Shown here piece after piece: positions 62,000-64,000 of a stretch of DNA of 64,000 nucleotides. A program made the translations under genes and the position numbers. A model generated the notes under the pieces. That model had not been told where the DNA came from. It saw nothing but the letters and a program-made list of their open reading frames with translations, and did not search any database. Origin of the DNA: an uncultured Gemmatimonadales bacterium (GTDB taxonomy: Bacteria > Gemmatimonadota > Gemmatimonadetes > Gemmatimonadales > GWC2-71-9). The first letter of the stretch is position 1; every line of letters begins with the position of its first letter. The stretch is from NCBI GenBank assembly GCA_963728915.1, contig CAVSLV010000001.1, forward strand, positions 1,248,001 through 1,312,000, in the 5' to 3' direction.

Positions 62000-62641
62000 T
62001 CAGCGCTCCTCATGGGAAAACAGCCGGCGGTACCGATAGAGGTAGATCAGGAACGAATAGACCGTGAGCACCAGAGCGATCGCCAGCGTCACCGCGACGA
62101 ACCCGCCATGAAACTGGTTCCACCAGCGCGCGGCGCGATCCGCCTGCCACCCCTGCGACTCCCTCGCGTCCCGAAAGGCGAACCACACGATCGTCCCGCC
62201 GATGAAGATGTTCTGGAACACCGTCTTGAGCTTGCCCGGGCCCTGCGCCGAAATGACCACCCCCTTGCGGTCCGCCCACCACCGGAACCCGGTCATGGCG
62301 AACTCCCGTCCCAGCAGGAGCAGGCAGACCCAGAGCGGGATGCTTCCCCAGACCGGAATGTCGTAGAGATGCTGACGCTGCTGGGAAATCCACCAGATCG
62401 GCACCAGGGTGGCGAGCAGCAGCAGCTTGTCGGCGATCGGATCGAGCTTCTTGCCGAAGTCGGTGACCTGGTTGTTGCGCCGGGCCAGGTGGCCGTCGAT
62501 GACGTCGGTGATGCTGGCGGCCACGTAGATCCCGAAACAGACCAGCTTGGGCCAGTACCCTTCGATGAACGGCAACGCGGCGATGACTGGGGTGATCGCG
62601 ATCCGGGCGATCGTCAGGATGTTGGGGATCGTCCAGGTCAT
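62000..62641 (-). CDS. pgsA: CDP-alcohol phosphatidyltransferase (PgsA-like)
   Basis: [16 protein letters not shown]...[17 protein letters not shown]. Confidence 0.88.
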   Translation of the reverse strand: MTWTIPNILTIARIAITPVIAALPFIEGYWPKLVCFGIYVAASITDVIDGHLARRNNQVTDFGKKLDPIADKLLLLATLVPIWWISQQRQHLYDIPVWGSIPLWVCLLLLGREFAMTGFRWWADRKGVVISAQGPGKLKTVFQNIFIGGTIVWFAFRDARESQGWQADRAARWWNQFHGGFVAVTLAIALVLTVYSFLIYLYRYRRLFSHEER

Positions 62642-63312
62642 CCCAGCGTCTTGAGCACCTGCTTGCTCACCGCGCGCAGGGTATCGAAGACCCCGTCGCC
62701 GCGCACCGCGCAGGCTTCGAAATGGGGGACCCGCTCGATCCACGACCCGTCCACCTGCTGGACCAGATATTCCCCGGGCCGCGCCGGATCCGGGGTCACT
62801 ACCTGGCGCTCGGAGTCCTCCAGCGGCCACCCCGGGTTCAGCGCCTCCTGAAGTTGCGAGAGTCCCGCCGCATTGGGAAGATCCCGCTTGTTGTACTGGA
62901 TCACGAATGGGAGGCGGGTCAGGTCGAGTCCGTGCTGCGCCATGTTGTCGTAGAGATTCTGCATGGACTCGAGATTCGCCTCCATGCGGTCCAGCTGGCT
63001 GTCGGCCACGAACACCACCCCATCCACTCCCTTGAGGATCAGCCGGCGGGAGGCGTTGTAGTAGACCTGGCCCGGCACGGTATAGAGGTGGAAACGGGTC
63101 TTGAAGCCCCGGATCGTGCCGAGGTCGACGGGAAGAAAATCGAAGAAGAGGGTGCGCTCGGTTTCGGTCGCCAGGGAAATCATCTTGCCCCGGCTGCCCG
63201 GAGCGACCTTCTCATAGATGTACTCGAGGTTGGTGGTCTTCCCACCGAGGCCAGGCCCGTAGTAGACCAGCTTGCAGTTGATTTCCCGGGAGGCGTAGTT
63301 GATGAGGGACAT
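62638..63312 (-). CDS. mglA: MglA small GTPase
   Basis: [31 protein letters not shown]. Confidence 0.95.
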   Translation of the reverse strand: MSLINYASREINCKLVYYGPGLGGKTTNLEYIYEKVAPGSRGKMISLATETERTLFFDFLPVDLGTIRGFKTRFHLYTVPGQVYYNASRRLILKGVDGVVFVADSQLDRMEANLESMQNLYDNMAQHGLDLTRLPFVIQYNKRDLPNAAGLSQLQEALNPGWPLEDSERQVVTPDPARPGEYLVQQVDGSWIERVPHFEACAVRGDGVFDTLRAVSKQVLKTLG

Positions 63313-63824
63313 CAGCCGCTCCCGAACAGCCGGTCGATTTCATCCTCGGCTTCGCCCACGAAGCCACGCTCGATGGCCCCCTTCGGCCGCATGCCCGGAC
63401 CGGCCGCGCCTTCCCGCGTGAACATGTCGGTGAACACCCGGGACAGCTCCGGCACCACGGTGCGGACCCGCAGCTTCACCAGCCCGAGGGTGGTGCCGTG
63501 GTCGAAGATCACGACCAGAATGACCCGGCGCGCGATATCCGCGAGATAGAGCGAGTCCTTTTCCCCCTGGTGAAACAGGGCCCCGAATTCGTTTTCGCCC
63601 AGCAGCCGGGCGAGCTGGTCGTTCGCGCTGAAATCCGCCGCGGTGAGCGTGGCGAAGGTGACCGGATCGAAGCGGGTCGGCTGTCCCGCGGTCGCCAGCA
63701 TCTGCCCGGTGCGGTCGACCAGGAGGGCGGTACGGGCCGAGGATTCCGAAAGCAGGCGGTCGAGCAGGCCCCCGATGCGGACCGCATCTTCCTCGCGGAA
63801 TGACCAGCTGGCCGCGCCGCTCAC
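63312..63824 (-). CDS. mglB: MglB roadblock/LC7 GTPase-activating protein
   Basis: [29 protein letters not shown]; directly upstream of mglA. Confidence 0.92.
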   Translation of the reverse strand: MSGAASWSFREEDAVRIGGLLDRLLSESSARTALLVDRTGQMLATAGQPTRFDPVTFATLTAADFSANDQLARLLGENEFGALFHQGEKDSLYLADIARRVILVVIFDHGTTLGLVKLRVRTVVPELSRVFTDMFTREGAAGPGMRPKGAIERGFVGEAEDEIDRLFGSG

Positions 63825-64000
63825 CGGAGCCCTCGCTCCAGGTGATGCACGATCCGGCGGGCTCGCTGGCGGAGTCTGGGGTGCCGTTCCCAGGAGATGT
63901 AGTCCCGGAGCAGGCGTACCGTATCCGGGGCCGGCCTTCCCGCCAGATAGCCCAGGGCCGCGTGACGCCGGCGAGGCCGGGCGCTGAAGAGCGCTTCCCG
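63821..64000 (-). CDS. Hypothetical protein, C-terminal part (runs off window)
   Basis: Open frame REALFSARPRRRHAALGYL...VRLLRDYISWE; its TGA overlaps the mglB GTG. Confidence 0.65.
   Translation of the reverse strand, partial: REALFSARPRRRHAALGYLAGRPAPDTVRLLRDYISWERHPRLRQRARRIVHHLERGLR

Overview
A GC-rich bacterial chromosomal window, probably Gemmatimonadota (inferred from gene content and order such as mglB-mglA-pgsA-cinA-grpE-dnaJ; not verified). From left to right it holds: a tonB-exbB-exbD-exbD-tonB cluster with a pho-box-like direct repeat, next to an OmpR-family two-component system; sodA; a eukaryote-like kynurenine (tryptophan catabolic) cluster (nbaC-nbaD-kynU-kmo-kynA-kynB, with RidA, an SDR and a signal-less BtuF-like protein); tRNA-Ala(UGC); an unannotated Trp-rich leader peptide and attenuator controlling aroF-trpEGD-trpCF-trpBA; a TolC/MacA/ABC exporter with four permeases in A-B-A'-B' order, split by a 263-bp element bounded by inverted heptamer repeats; an accessory locus in which an ECF sigma factor plus TPR Ser/Thr kinase lies divergent from a Cys-repeat beta-barrel protein and an internally duplicated lipoprotein; then iscS-mnmA, an S9 peptidase, ppk1 and the mgl/cinA/dnaJ block. 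Four genes carry single-base frameshifts (kynB, the cyclodeaminase, the beta-barrel protein, the kinase), which may be assembly errors. Many genes appear leaderless. No CRISPR array, rRNA, integrase or transposase was seen.
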